From a virus (lineage: Duplodnaviria > Caudoviricetes), in IMG/VR virus record IMGVR_UViG_3300027766_000001: 64,000 nucleotides of DNA, one strand, 5' to 3'. Under the pieces are notes generated by a model. That model was not told where the DNA came from and searched no databases. It saw only the letters and a program-made list of their open reading frames with translations. Below are positions 10,256 through 18,903 of the stretch, piece after piece (the first letter of the stretch is position 1; every line of letters begins with the position of its first letter). The translations under genes were made by a program, and so were the position numbers.

Positions 10256-11740
10256 ATGAGTTCACTTATCCTTGCTCAGCTGATCGGTGAAGGCCTGGAG
10301 TCATTCGAAGACGCCGCTGCTGCACCTGTAACTGCTGACACTGCAACCGACGCACCTGCGGTTCCTTCTGTTGACGTCACTGTCTGCGAAGAAGAGATCG
10401 CTGTGGTTCAAGCTGCGGGCGAAGCTGCTTCTGCTGAAACGGCGATCGTTGCATCTGCTGATGCGGTGGTTGAAGCAGAGTGCCTGGTTGATGCACAGAC
10501 CGAAGTGGTTGTGCAGACTGCGCAGGTTACTGCTTCTATGGAGTCTTTCATCGGTGCGCCGATGACCAAACATGACGCGCAAGCTCTGCAGATGCGTGTG
10601 CTTCAGGCAACCAAAGGCCAGTACGCTGCCGGCCAGGTTGTGGGTTCACTGGAAGCCTTCGGCACCGACATCACTACTGATGACGCGCTGAACGCTGGCC
10701 TGGAAGGTCTGGGCGAATTCCTGAAAGAAGCCCGTAACAAACTGTCTGGTATGGTCGGCGTGCTGCGTGCGAAAATGGCTGGCTTCTTTAAAGATGCTCA
10801 CGTCAGCTTCGACAAAGTCTCTGCCCGTGCTGCTGCGGTTGAACGTCTGGCGAAAAACACCTCTGGTGAGTCTAACGCGTCTGCACTGCAGCTGCCGCTG
10901 GACACGGCCTGGCATCTGGTGAAAGACGGTAAGGTTGTCACCAACTTTGCGAAAGAGATGGGTGACCTGGCCAAGTTCGCTGAACTCGTGCTGAAAGAAA
11001 ACAACTCCTCTGTTTCTGAGCACCGTCGTAAGTTCATCGAGCTGGTGTCTCCGCTGATCAGCTGCAATCTGGAAGAAGCGAACAAACTGGCAAAACAGAT
11101 TTCCGACTGGAAGCTGCCGAAGCCGGATTACGCGAAAACCAAAATCCCTACCAGCTCACGTACCACTGACCTGTATCGCTCTGACGTCCTGATGGGCGAC
11201 GAAGCACTGTTCGTGGCACTGCCGACTGACGTTTCCAGCAACACCGATAACGTTGCTCAACGTCTGGCTGCACTGAGCTCTGTGTACTTCGGTCTGGAAG
11301 TGGGTCTGAAAGATGTGGCGAAGCGTCCGAACAAACTGGACGTGGCTATCGACACACTGAAGCCGGCTGAGATCGTGAAGATCGCTGAAACCATCACTGC
11401 AGTTCTGGGCGACATCAAAGTGTACGCGAAGACCTGGGGTGCGTGGGACGAAGCGAACAGCGATCTGGATCGTCTGATGACTGTCCTGGCGACTGTGCAG
11501 TGGGAAGGCGATACTGAGAACTACGAAGGTGCGGTGACCAGTGCTGCAGGTACCACAGTTTATGTGAGTACCCTGAACACCCGCGTTGCTGACGCGATCT
11601 GGTACATCAACGCTGCGTACGGTTATATGGCAACTACGCCGACTATCCTGCTGGCGAAGAAACTGATCGTGCTGATGAACCGTGCACTGGAAGTGTGCGA
11701 ACGTTCACTGGCGACCTACAGCGACAACAACCTGAAATAA
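10256..11740 (+). CDS. internal head protein, phiKZ gp93-family
   Basis: 494 aa, strongly optimised codons; acidic Ala-rich propeptide with EGLE|SF, ASME|SF, GSLE|AF, AGLE|GL sites. Confidence 0.8.
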   Translation: MSSLILAQLIGEGLESFEDAAAAPVTADTATDAPAVPSVDVTVCEEEIAVVQAAGEAASAETAIVASADAVVEAECLVDAQTEVVVQTAQVTASMESFIGAPMTKHDAQALQMRVLQATKGQYAAGQVVGSLEAFGTDITTDDALNAGLEGLGEFLKEARNKLSGMVGVLRAKMAGFFKDAHVSFDKVSARAAAVERLAKNTSGESNASALQLPLDTAWHLVKDGKVVTNFAKEMGDLAKFAELVLKENNSSVSEHRRKFIELVSPLISCNLEEANKLAKQISDWKLPKPDYAKTKIPTSSRTTDLYRSDVLMGDEALFVALPTDVSSNTDNVAQRLAALSSVYFGLEVGLKDVAKRPNKLDVAIDTLKPAEIVKIAETITAVLGDIKVYAKTWGAWDEANSDLDRLMTVLATVQWEGDTENYEGAVTSAAGTTVYVSTLNTRVADAIWYINAAYGYMATTPTILLAKKLIVLMNRALEVCERSLATYSDNNLK

Positions 11741-11746
11741 GGAAAT

Positions 11747-13090
11747 GTGGAAATGCGCAATCTGCTTTTAGACATGGCGCTTTCCACTGGACTGGAGGAG
11801 CTTAATGCTCCTCCTGTTTCCGATGTGGGTCCGTCATCAATCAACGATTTAATTGTAGCAGAAACAAACCTGGCACGAGCAACCACTTTGGTGACTCAGG
11901 CCGACACTGATGTCAGTGAAGCAAAATCAAACCTCGCCGATCTGACCCGTCTGGCCACAGGGCTGGAAGGGTTGATGATCGAGGTTGCTCAGGTTGAAAA
12001 TCCAGCTGGTCCGTCTGAAGATGAACTCGCGGCTTTGCGTGTCTCGGCTATGGCGGTGCGTCGTGAGTTCCTGAGTCGCGATCAACGCCGTGTGGTCGAT
12101 AACATCGCAGAAGGACGCCTGGAAGGTTCAGTTGAAGGTCTGGGCGATATCATTAAAAATGTCTCCACCAAACTGGGCTTTGCTATTGGTAACTTCTGGG
12201 ATGGCGTTAAACGCACCATGGGGACCAGTAAACAGACCACTCAACGTGCAGGCGCACTCATTGATGACCTGACGCGTCGTGTCCAGGGTCTGCCTGATAT
12301 CGAGTATTCGACCAAGCTTGAGAAAGCGCAAGCCCTGGCGGTTACGTTGGGTAAACAGGTTGACCTTCGTGGTTCTCTGGCTGACATCGTTCCGGCAACT
12401 GATGATTGGTATCGCCGTAACATCAATCTGCTGATAGACAAAATTGGTGTGCTGAGCACGGACATTGAAACCGTGTTAAACACCACCACTGAGGATGGCT
12501 TCAATGCAGCCACTGCTGCGGTGTTGCCTCACCTGACAGTGCCGACCCCGGAGTCTGTGACTGTTTCGACCGGCGTGGCCAACGGTAAGCACTTTACCTT
12601 TGACGTGTTTGACATTCACGAATCAGCATCTGGTCGCACCCTTGCTGCGTATATTGCACGCCCTGAGCGTAATGCGCAAATCGGTAGCGGGTACTTCGAT
12701 GTGGCCAATGCGGTAAGCGTATCCTTTATGGATCTGTGTAATGTCCGTAAACCTAATCCAACCCCGACCACTGTGACCCTGACCAAAGCAGAGATGCTGA
12801 ACGGTCTGGCTCAGCTGCGTCAGGCGGTAGGAAACATCGATGCTTACCTCAATCAGATGGATGTGGTGTACAAAGCGTACAACACGTATCAGACGTCGAT
12901 TCGTCCGTACGACAGCTTCATCAAAAATGCATGGGTCAGTAAGAACGTGCAGGCTCAGGTCTCTGCTCATGCAGGTGCGATCCTGTCGCTGTTCGAAATG
13001 ACAATCCTCCCTACTGCCAGCACGTTAGCCCTTATCACGGATATGGCCGGCGTTATTAAAACACTTGTGTACAGCTCTGACCTGAGCTAA
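11747..13090 (+). CDS. internal head protein, gp93-family paralog
   Basis: 447 aa; TGLE|EL, TGLE|GL, GSVE|GL sites spaced as in the neighbours. Confidence 0.75.
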   Translation: MEMRNLLLDMALSTGLEELNAPPVSDVGPSSINDLIVAETNLARATTLVTQADTDVSEAKSNLADLTRLATGLEGLMIEVAQVENPAGPSEDELAALRVSAMAVRREFLSRDQRRVVDNIAEGRLEGSVEGLGDIIKNVSTKLGFAIGNFWDGVKRTMGTSKQTTQRAGALIDDLTRRVQGLPDIEYSTKLEKAQALAVTLGKQVDLRGSLADIVPATDDWYRRNINLLIDKIGVLSTDIETVLNTTTEDGFNAATAAVLPHLTVPTPESVTVSTGVANGKHFTFDVFDIHESASGRTLAAYIARPERNAQIGSGYFDVANAVSVSFMDLCNVRKPNPTPTTVTLTKAEMLNGLAQLRQAVGNIDAYLNQMDVVYKAYNTYQTSIRPYDSFIKNAWVSKNVQAQVSAHAGAILSLFEMTILPTASTLALITDMAGVIKTLVYSSDLS

Positions 13091-13101
13091 AGGAAAACAC
13101 G

Positions 13102-14565
13102 ATGTCTGAAATGTCAGCGCTTTTGTTTGGCATTGGGAACGAGGCTTTTGAGGAGCCTCTTCCTGTTTCTACCGGTTATGTTCCTGAAGCGGTTGATCAC
13201 ACAGAGTTGGTCAACGCTGATGATGCCATGCGTGCTTCAGACGCTGAACTCAGTGACCAGATGGATAAGGTGCGTAAATTGACGGATGCGGTTGCGTATG
13301 CACGGGATGTGCGGGATACCATCACTGAGGTGGAAGCTCGTGAACTTCGGTCTCGTGTGATTGCGGTATTGGGTGATGATGCCGGTCCTCGCCTGATGGG
13401 GTCGATGGAAAGCTATAATGGACCATTGGCCGGTCAGCTGTTGGATGCGGGGCTTGAAGGGATCGGAAGTATGTTGCGCACCGCACTGGCTGCGCTGATC
13501 AAACTGATCCGGACGGGTTTTCGTATCATGATGCAATTCATCACCTCTGCGAAGCTGGTGCTGGGGCGTCAGTTAAAAGCCTTGGGTGAACTGCGTCGGG
13601 CAACCAACGATAAGCTGGAAGGCTGGGAAGAGTTTCAAATCAGTTGGGGTAACAACAGCGGCTTGTCTATTAAGACCGGTCCTGGTTCGGCAAGTGGGAT
13701 TACTCCCATTACACCTATCACCCCAATTACTCCAATCACGCCGATCACACCCATTACACCTATCAGTCCGATCGGTGGGCGTCCTAAGCAGTTGTCTCCA
13801 GCGTATGCCCGTCTGTTGGCAATGACTGAAGGGAACGTGCTGAAAGCACCTGACAACGTGTCAGCTGCACTGCGTAACACAGCAAGGATCATGAAGTCTG
13901 CAGTTATCCCAACTGTTGATGGCGTGAACCGTCATTTCGCTGCAGTGCTCGATATGCTGGAAGATGCAGATCGCATGGACATGGATCAGCGTTACAAAGC
14001 TGTGAACCAGTTGGCTTACGATAAGTTCCTGCCAATGAATGCACTGTTGGTTGGACGTGAGTCGAACAAGTTCGGTACACTGTTAAGCACCACCCCGGTG
14101 TTAGGTGATTATGAGTTGCGTATGTCGATCAGTCCATTGAACCTGGTAACGGGTCATGCTGACAACATGGGTGATAAAGAAGGTGCGTTACGTAACCTGG
14201 GATTGACCTCTATCAATTTCAGCCGTACTGCGAAATCATCCGACACAGGCACGCCGGTGTTCACCTCACTGTCACGTCAGGAAGCCCTGCTGTCTATTGC
14301 CAGCGTTGAGGACTTACTGAAGACCGTTATCGATTACGGTCTGGATACCACTGCGGCTAGACTGGGTAGTGAAGCAGACAAAGTAGCAACGCGTGTCCTT
14401 CCCCGTTTAACCGACGGGCGTGATGATGCCTTTACTACGCAGATGACCGTTGCCATTGGTACGTTGTCTCGTCTGACCAACATGCTGCCACAGTCGGTGG
14501 TATCGTATACCAACAACTTGACTAATGCTGTGAAGCAGTACGTCGAAATCAGCGCTCAGCTGTAA
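13102..14565 (+). CDS. internal head protein, gp93-family paralog with a (Pro-Ile-Thr)n insert
   Basis: 487 aa; IGNE|AF, GSME|SY, AGLE|GI sites; PIT repeat at 13696-13776. Confidence 0.75.
   Translation: MSEMSALLFGIGNEAFEEPLPVSTGYVPEAVDHTELVNADDAMRASDAELSDQMDKVRKLTDAVAYARDVRDTITEVEARELRSRVIAVLGDDAGPRLMGSMESYNGPLAGQLLDAGLEGIGSMLRTALAALIKLIRTGFRIMMQFITSAKLVLGRQLKALGELRRATNDKLEGWEEFQISWGNNSGLSIKTGPGSASGITPITPITPITPITPITPITPISPIGGRPKQLSPAYARLLAMTEGNVLKAPDNVSAALRNTARIMKSAVIPTVDGVNRHFAAVLDMLEDADRMDMDQRYKAVNQLAYDKFLPMNALLVGRESNKFGTLLSTTPVLGDYELRMSISPLNLVTGHADNMGDKEGALRNLGLTSINFSRTAKSSDTGTPVFTSLSRQEALLSIASVEDLLKTVIDYGLDTTAARLGSEADKVATRVLPRLTDGRDDAFTTQMTVAIGTLSRLTNMLPQSVVSYTNNLTNAVKQYVEISAQL
13696..13776 (+). 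repeat. in-frame 9-bp-unit tandem repeat encoding GIT(PIT)6-PIS-PIG
   Basis: Read directly from the sequence; all four Pro codons are used, so the units have diverged synonymously. Confidence 0.95.
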
Positions 14566-14638
14566 AACACGAGTAACCATCGTCTTTAACTCATTATATG
14601 TACCACCCGTGCTGGTACCACGGGTTATTGACGATGCG

Positions 14639-14654
14639 TTATTTCATGAAATAA
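14639..14654. promoter_or_regulatory. perfect 16-bp loopless palindrome TTATTTCATGAAATAA upstream of an RBS
   Basis: Self-complementary, checked by hand; ends 3 nt before the GGAG RBS of the gene at 14670. Function unknown. Confidence 0.5.
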
Positions 14655-14669
14655 TACGGAGTACGACAG

Positions 14670-16136
14670 ATGAATTTACTCGATCAACTCCTGCTTGATG
14701 CAGGTAACGAAGCATTCGATGAGACCCCGCCTGCAGCAGTAGAACCTGTTGTACCGGTGGTTGAGCCAGTTGTGCCTGTTGAAGAGCCACAGCCGGAAGA
14801 TGCGGGTGCTCTCGCTGCTGCGATTGCAGTTGTGGCTGAGCTGGAAGCAGAACGCGACTACGAGCAGGGTAATACCCGTATTGCTCAGCTGGACAGCGAA
14901 CTGGCAAGTGAAGAGCGCGCTGTAGAAAGCGCAAGCGCTGCAGTAGCTCACATTGAGCAGGTGCAGGCTGGTCTGGAACACTTCATCGAAGTGGGTTCTA
15001 TCTCTGCGAAAACTGCAGGTCTGCTGCAGGATCAGATTAACCATGCCATGGGCACTCTCGGTAAATCTGGTCTGACCGTAACCAGCGGTGGTCTCGAAGC
15101 GTTCGGTGATGATCCGGACCAGATGCTGGTCGTTCTCTCTGCTGGCCTGAATGCGCTGGACGAAGAGAAGAAAGGCCTGGGTGAGCGTGCGAAGAATGCT
15201 GTGAAAGGTGTTCTGGGTACGATTGCTAAATTCGCTGCTGAGATCCTGAACCAGGCTAAACGTCACGAAGCGAAAGCGACTGAGCTTGAAGCGGCCATCA
15301 AAGGCAAACCTGAGAAAGAAGTGAAGATCTCCAGCCAGGCGCTGATGGTCGGCAAAGAATTCTCGAAAGACATTGCTGGCGACCTGAACAAGTTCAAAGA
15401 CAAACTGGTGAAAGGTTCCGCGACTGCTATGCAGGATCGCAGCAACTGGTTCTTCAAAGCCCTGCCAGGTATCATCGCTGACATCAATGGCGCTGAAACG
15501 GCTGACGCAGCTGTGGCTGCTGCGGCGAAACTGCAGATCCCTGCGATCAAAGGTGTGACCGTATCGGTTAAAGACGAAGATGGCATGAGCCTGAAACGTT
15601 CTGACGTGGTACTGGGTAACTACGCTCTGTTCGAAATGGCGACCAAAGCACCGGCTCCGACCGACACTGCTTCTGCCATTGCGTTCCTGCGTGCTGCATC
15701 AAAAGCGCGTGTGTCTATCAAGCGCGCTGGCGTACCTGCGCCGGAAGCACTGACTGTGACCCTGGGCGAAGCACAAGCGGCTAAAATTCTGGGTGCAGTA
15801 AAAGGCGTGCTGACCGAGACCACTGCGCTGAAAGGTATCATTGATACCATCAGCAAACAGTCTCTGGAACTTGATGCCAACGGTAAAGGCGATGGCGATA
15901 AAGATGTGCGTAAAATCGCATCTGCTGCCTCTGCTCTGCCTGACGGTCTGGTGGATACCGTATCTCAGCTGCCGCGTACTGCTACGCGCGCTGCCATGGA
16001 TGTGGTTGAAGCTTCTCTGGCTGTGGTCTCTTCTTTCGCTAAAGGTGGCAAAGCTGATAAAGCTGAGAAACCTCAGAAAGACGAAGCGAAGAAAGACGAA
16101 AAGCCAGCTGACGACAAGTCTGGTGACGCTGAGTAA
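14670..16136 (+). CDS. internal head protein, gp93-family paralog (likely abundant)
   Basis: 488 aa, very strong codon bias; AGNE|AF, AGLE|HF, GGLE|AF sites; has its own upstream intergenic leader. Confidence 0.8.
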   Translation: MNLLDQLLLDAGNEAFDETPPAAVEPVVPVVEPVVPVEEPQPEDAGALAAAIAVVAELEAERDYEQGNTRIAQLDSELASEERAVESASAAVAHIEQVQAGLEHFIEVGSISAKTAGLLQDQINHAMGTLGKSGLTVTSGGLEAFGDDPDQMLVVLSAGLNALDEEKKGLGERAKNAVKGVLGTIAKFAAEILNQAKRHEAKATELEAAIKGKPEKEVKISSQALMVGKEFSKDIAGDLNKFKDKLVKGSATAMQDRSNWFFKALPGIIADINGAETADAAVAAAAKLQIPAIKGVTVSVKDEDGMSLKRSDVVLGNYALFEMATKAPAPTDTASAIAFLRAASKARVSIKRAGVPAPEALTVTLGEAQAAKILGAVKGVLTETTALKGIIDTISKQSLELDANGKGDGDKDVRKIASAASALPDGLVDTVSQLPRTATRAAMDVVEASLAVVSSFAKGGKADKAEKPQKDEAKKDEKPADDKSGDAE

Positions 16137-16156
16137 GCCTGTCATTAACTAATACT

Positions 16157-16189
16157 GGGGGAGGGGGTTTCCCCTCTCCCTTTATTCCG
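16157..16189 (+). terminator. hairpin terminator followed by TTTATTCCG (variant of the TTATGCCG motif)
   Basis: 10-bp G-rich/C-rich stem 16157-16180 with GTTT loop, then TTTATTCCG. Confidence 0.75.
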
Positions 16190-16206
16190 CCCTAATAGGT
16201 GAAACC

Positions 16207-18528
16207 ATGAGTGACGGACTATCCTTGGGTGTTCAACACCAAATGCTGGTTGCGGAGTATTCTCCTCAGGTAGCAGACAAACACCAGGCGATTGATGACA
16301 TTACTGAAAAGCTGAGCGATGAGGCTCTCGATCTGTCAGACGGTAATGAAGCATTGGTGATGATTGCGGCCCATGCGCCAGAATCAGTGCCCAGTGATCT
16401 GGAGTTGGAAGTGTTGCTGCAACGGGTGAAAGACACCGTGCTGGCATACATGGAGACTCATGCGGGGACGACGCTGAACGTTGAGCGTAATGATCCGCTG
16501 GTTGACGTAGGTCTGGAAGACTACAAACAAACCCTGATTATGATCAAAGACCGGGTGATCAAAGCCCTGCGTTGGATCGGTAAACAAATCGTGTCGGCGT
16601 ATAAGCGCCTGAGCGACCGTCTGGGGCGTTTATCCATGCGCATGATGTATGTCGAGCGTAAGGTAGATTCATCCACTGACAATGCGTTACCGGGCGATAT
16701 GTGCGCACTCCCTGCATCAGCGGCGATGTTGTCGTTGTTAGGAAAGGCGCCACAGAACGCCGCAGAGGTAATGAACGCGGTCAACAAAGTGAAGTGGTTG
16801 TTCACTACAGTGCACAACGACTATAACTTGTACCAGCAAAGTTTCAAGCGTGCGATCGACGGCGGGACACGTGCAGATGCCTTGTCCTCGATTCAGGACT
16901 TCATGCGTCATTTAAGCAGTCGTCTGAATGCGCGTGTGGATTCACAGCGTAACGGTCACGAAGTCTTTAACCAGTTACCGAACGGGTATATTGTTGAGAT
17001 TGCCACCGGTGATTCCTTTACGGATTGCTGGGCGACCATTAACCGCACCAGTGTGGTTAACGTGTCAGGTGAAATGACCCGCCGTGCGGATCGTGCGAGT
17101 CTGTCCCGTTTAACCAGTGAGTTGCGTAACTTCCTCAAAGTGATCAACGAACTGTATGGGAAAGTGGGCAGTCGTCTGACCACGGATTTCCGTAACATCA
17201 CACGCGATGCTGAGAAAGGCATTATGGGTGATGACGCCGATGCCCGTGCCATTGAAGCGACTATCAACTGGTACACTGAGCAGCAAAACCGTCTGTTCTA
17301 TCGCAGCATGGTAATGGGGTGTTCGGTGATCTCTGCCGCACTCGATTATTGTGACATGTCTTTGCGTAAGCCCGGTACCGGTAATGAAGGGTACGTGGGC
17401 AAGAACAGCGGTGATGATGACGATGACGACGATGCACCAGTAACCGCAAGCAGCAATGTGGGTCAACTGGATACGTTGTTCCAGATCCGTCAGTATATGC
17501 TGGCAAACACGTCGGTGAATCTGCAGAAAGTCAGCGCTGCCTTAGAGGCCTTTAATACGGCTGATGAAGCAGACCAGTCAGTTGCCAAACTCATGACCCT
17601 TGACTTGGCGCCTCTGCGTCAGACTCTGGGTGATCTGGGTTACAATCACTGGGTGTGGGATAGCAATCCCAATATGGACAGTTCATACTCACCGTGTCTT
17701 AAGGACGCGCTGCGTTGTGCTGACACGGAGCTCGATGCTTTCAGTAATGGACAACTGGAGGAGTTCAAAGCCCTAATTGAAATACACTCACTCAACACGC
17801 CAACGGCTCGACGGGTCATGACGCGTGAAGGGTATTTAGGCGACAACGGTTATGTTCAGTATCTACTTAGTGATGGCCGAGTTCCGACGAATAGCGCTGG
17901 CGTCTGGGAAGGGGCCGCTAATGGCGTTGATACTCTTGGTACTGTACTTTCAAACCTTAGGGAGCGTACCCAACTGGTTGCGGGAAGTCTTACGGATAGC
18001 GATATCCTTGTAAGTAACCTGTATGATGCGTGTTCACAAGACACGCTACGAGAGTTTGCAGAAGCCGGAGACCTCCAACGTTTCACAGGCGGGTTCCATG
18101 TAAAAGGCTTGGCCGGCAGTTCCGCGTTTGGACCTGTGGTGGTTTACCGGGCAGGGTTAAGCGACTACGGTGACTTGACGAATGCAGCGATTACCGCCGG
18201 GTTCCCAATTTGCGATGCTGACACCAATGAGTTGATGTCTGACTTGTTGGCGAAACTTGCAGCGATGGACAAAACGTTTTGTGTGATCTGGGGTGAGCTT
18301 AACCAGGTTATGCAACGTGCACGCAGTGTGCAGAACATCCTGGCAGACAGCATGGCAACGTGTAACGACGGGAAAGCCGATCAGTGGATCATGGACGGGG
18401 TGAACTATCTCAACCTGCTGCTGAGCGAGCTGCGTTGGCAGAACCGCTTACTGCGTGATCTGGCGCTCTACCGTCAGGGTCTGGTATTGGCCATCGATCT
18501 CTATCAACACTGGGGAGGGTTTAAATGA
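16207..18528 (+). CDS. internal head protein, apparent fusion of two gp93-family units
   Basis: 773 aa; DGNE|AL and VGLE|DY in unit 1; TGNE|GY plus Asp7 linker and AALE|AF before unit 2; both halves end in similar amphipathic helices. Confidence 0.65.
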   Translation: MSDGLSLGVQHQMLVAEYSPQVADKHQAIDDITEKLSDEALDLSDGNEALVMIAAHAPESVPSDLELEVLLQRVKDTVLAYMETHAGTTLNVERNDPLVDVGLEDYKQTLIMIKDRVIKALRWIGKQIVSAYKRLSDRLGRLSMRMMYVERKVDSSTDNALPGDMCALPASAAMLSLLGKAPQNAAEVMNAVNKVKWLFTTVHNDYNLYQQSFKRAIDGGTRADALSSIQDFMRHLSSRLNARVDSQRNGHEVFNQLPNGYIVEIATGDSFTDCWATINRTSVVNVSGEMTRRADRASLSRLTSELRNFLKVINELYGKVGSRLTTDFRNITRDAEKGIMGDDADARAIEATINWYTEQQNRLFYRSMVMGCSVISAALDYCDMSLRKPGTGNEGYVGKNSGDDDDDDDAPVTASSNVGQLDTLFQIRQYMLANTSVNLQKVSAALEAFNTADEADQSVAKLMTLDLAPLRQTLGDLGYNHWVWDSNPNMDSSYSPCLKDALRCADTELDAFSNGQLEEFKALIEIHSLNTPTARRVMTREGYLGDNGYVQYLLSDGRVPTNSAGVWEGAANGVDTLGTVLSNLRERTQLVAGSLTDSDILVSNLYDACSQDTLREFAEAGDLQRFTGGFHVKGLAGSSAFGPVVVYRAGLSDYGDLTNAAITAGFPICDADTNELMSDLLAKLAAMDKTFCVIWGELNQVMQRARSVQNILADSMATCNDGKADQWIMDGVNYLNLLLSELRWQNRLLRDLALYRQGLVLAIDLYQHWGGFK

Positions 18529-18839
18529 AACCGGCTAAGCTTCCCTATTTGTACGAGTATCCGTTTGACTTTACACCGTATGCCCGTGTTCTCGCTGATC
18601 AAGTCGTAGGTCAAGCACCTACTGCGGAATTGGCGCAAGCATTGGCTGCGGTATCAGGTCACCCGTGGACCCTGGACTTTCAGAAAGCGTTTACGCTCTA
18701 TGGGGCTCGGGTATTCTACCGTGGACCGAACCAGGCGGAGTTTGCAACCAGCAGTCGGTTTAAGTACTGCATCGGGGTTCAGCTGAGTACGTATTACTTT
18801 AGCAAGAAACTCTATCTGGTATTCAACGTGATTGATTGA
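18525..18839 (+). CDS. stand-alone C-terminal domain of the baseplate adaptor paralog family
   Basis: 104 aa; LAQALAAVSGHPW..FTLYGARVFYRG aligns by eye with the C-domains of the genes at 48783, 49670 and 51408 (LAEVLSAVTGDPW, YTLYGATVLFNG). ATGA-type overlap with the upstream gene. Confidence 0.7.
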   Translation: MKPAKLPYLYEYPFDFTPYARVLADQVVGQAPTAELAQALAAVSGHPWTLDFQKAFTLYGARVFYRGPNQAEFATSSRFKYCIGVQLSTYYFSKKLYLVFNVID

Positions 18840-18840
18840 T

Positions 18841-18901
18841 CGGCATAAAAAGGTGTTTCCTTCCCTTTGCGGGGAAGGAAACCCTTTATGTAGTTATGCC
18901 G
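18841..18901. terminator. bidirectional terminator bracketed by CGGCATAA and TTATGCCG
   Basis: TTTCCTTCCC/GGGAAGGAAA stem; GCAA loop on the minus strand; convergent genes. Confidence 0.85.
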
Positions 18902-18903
18902 GT

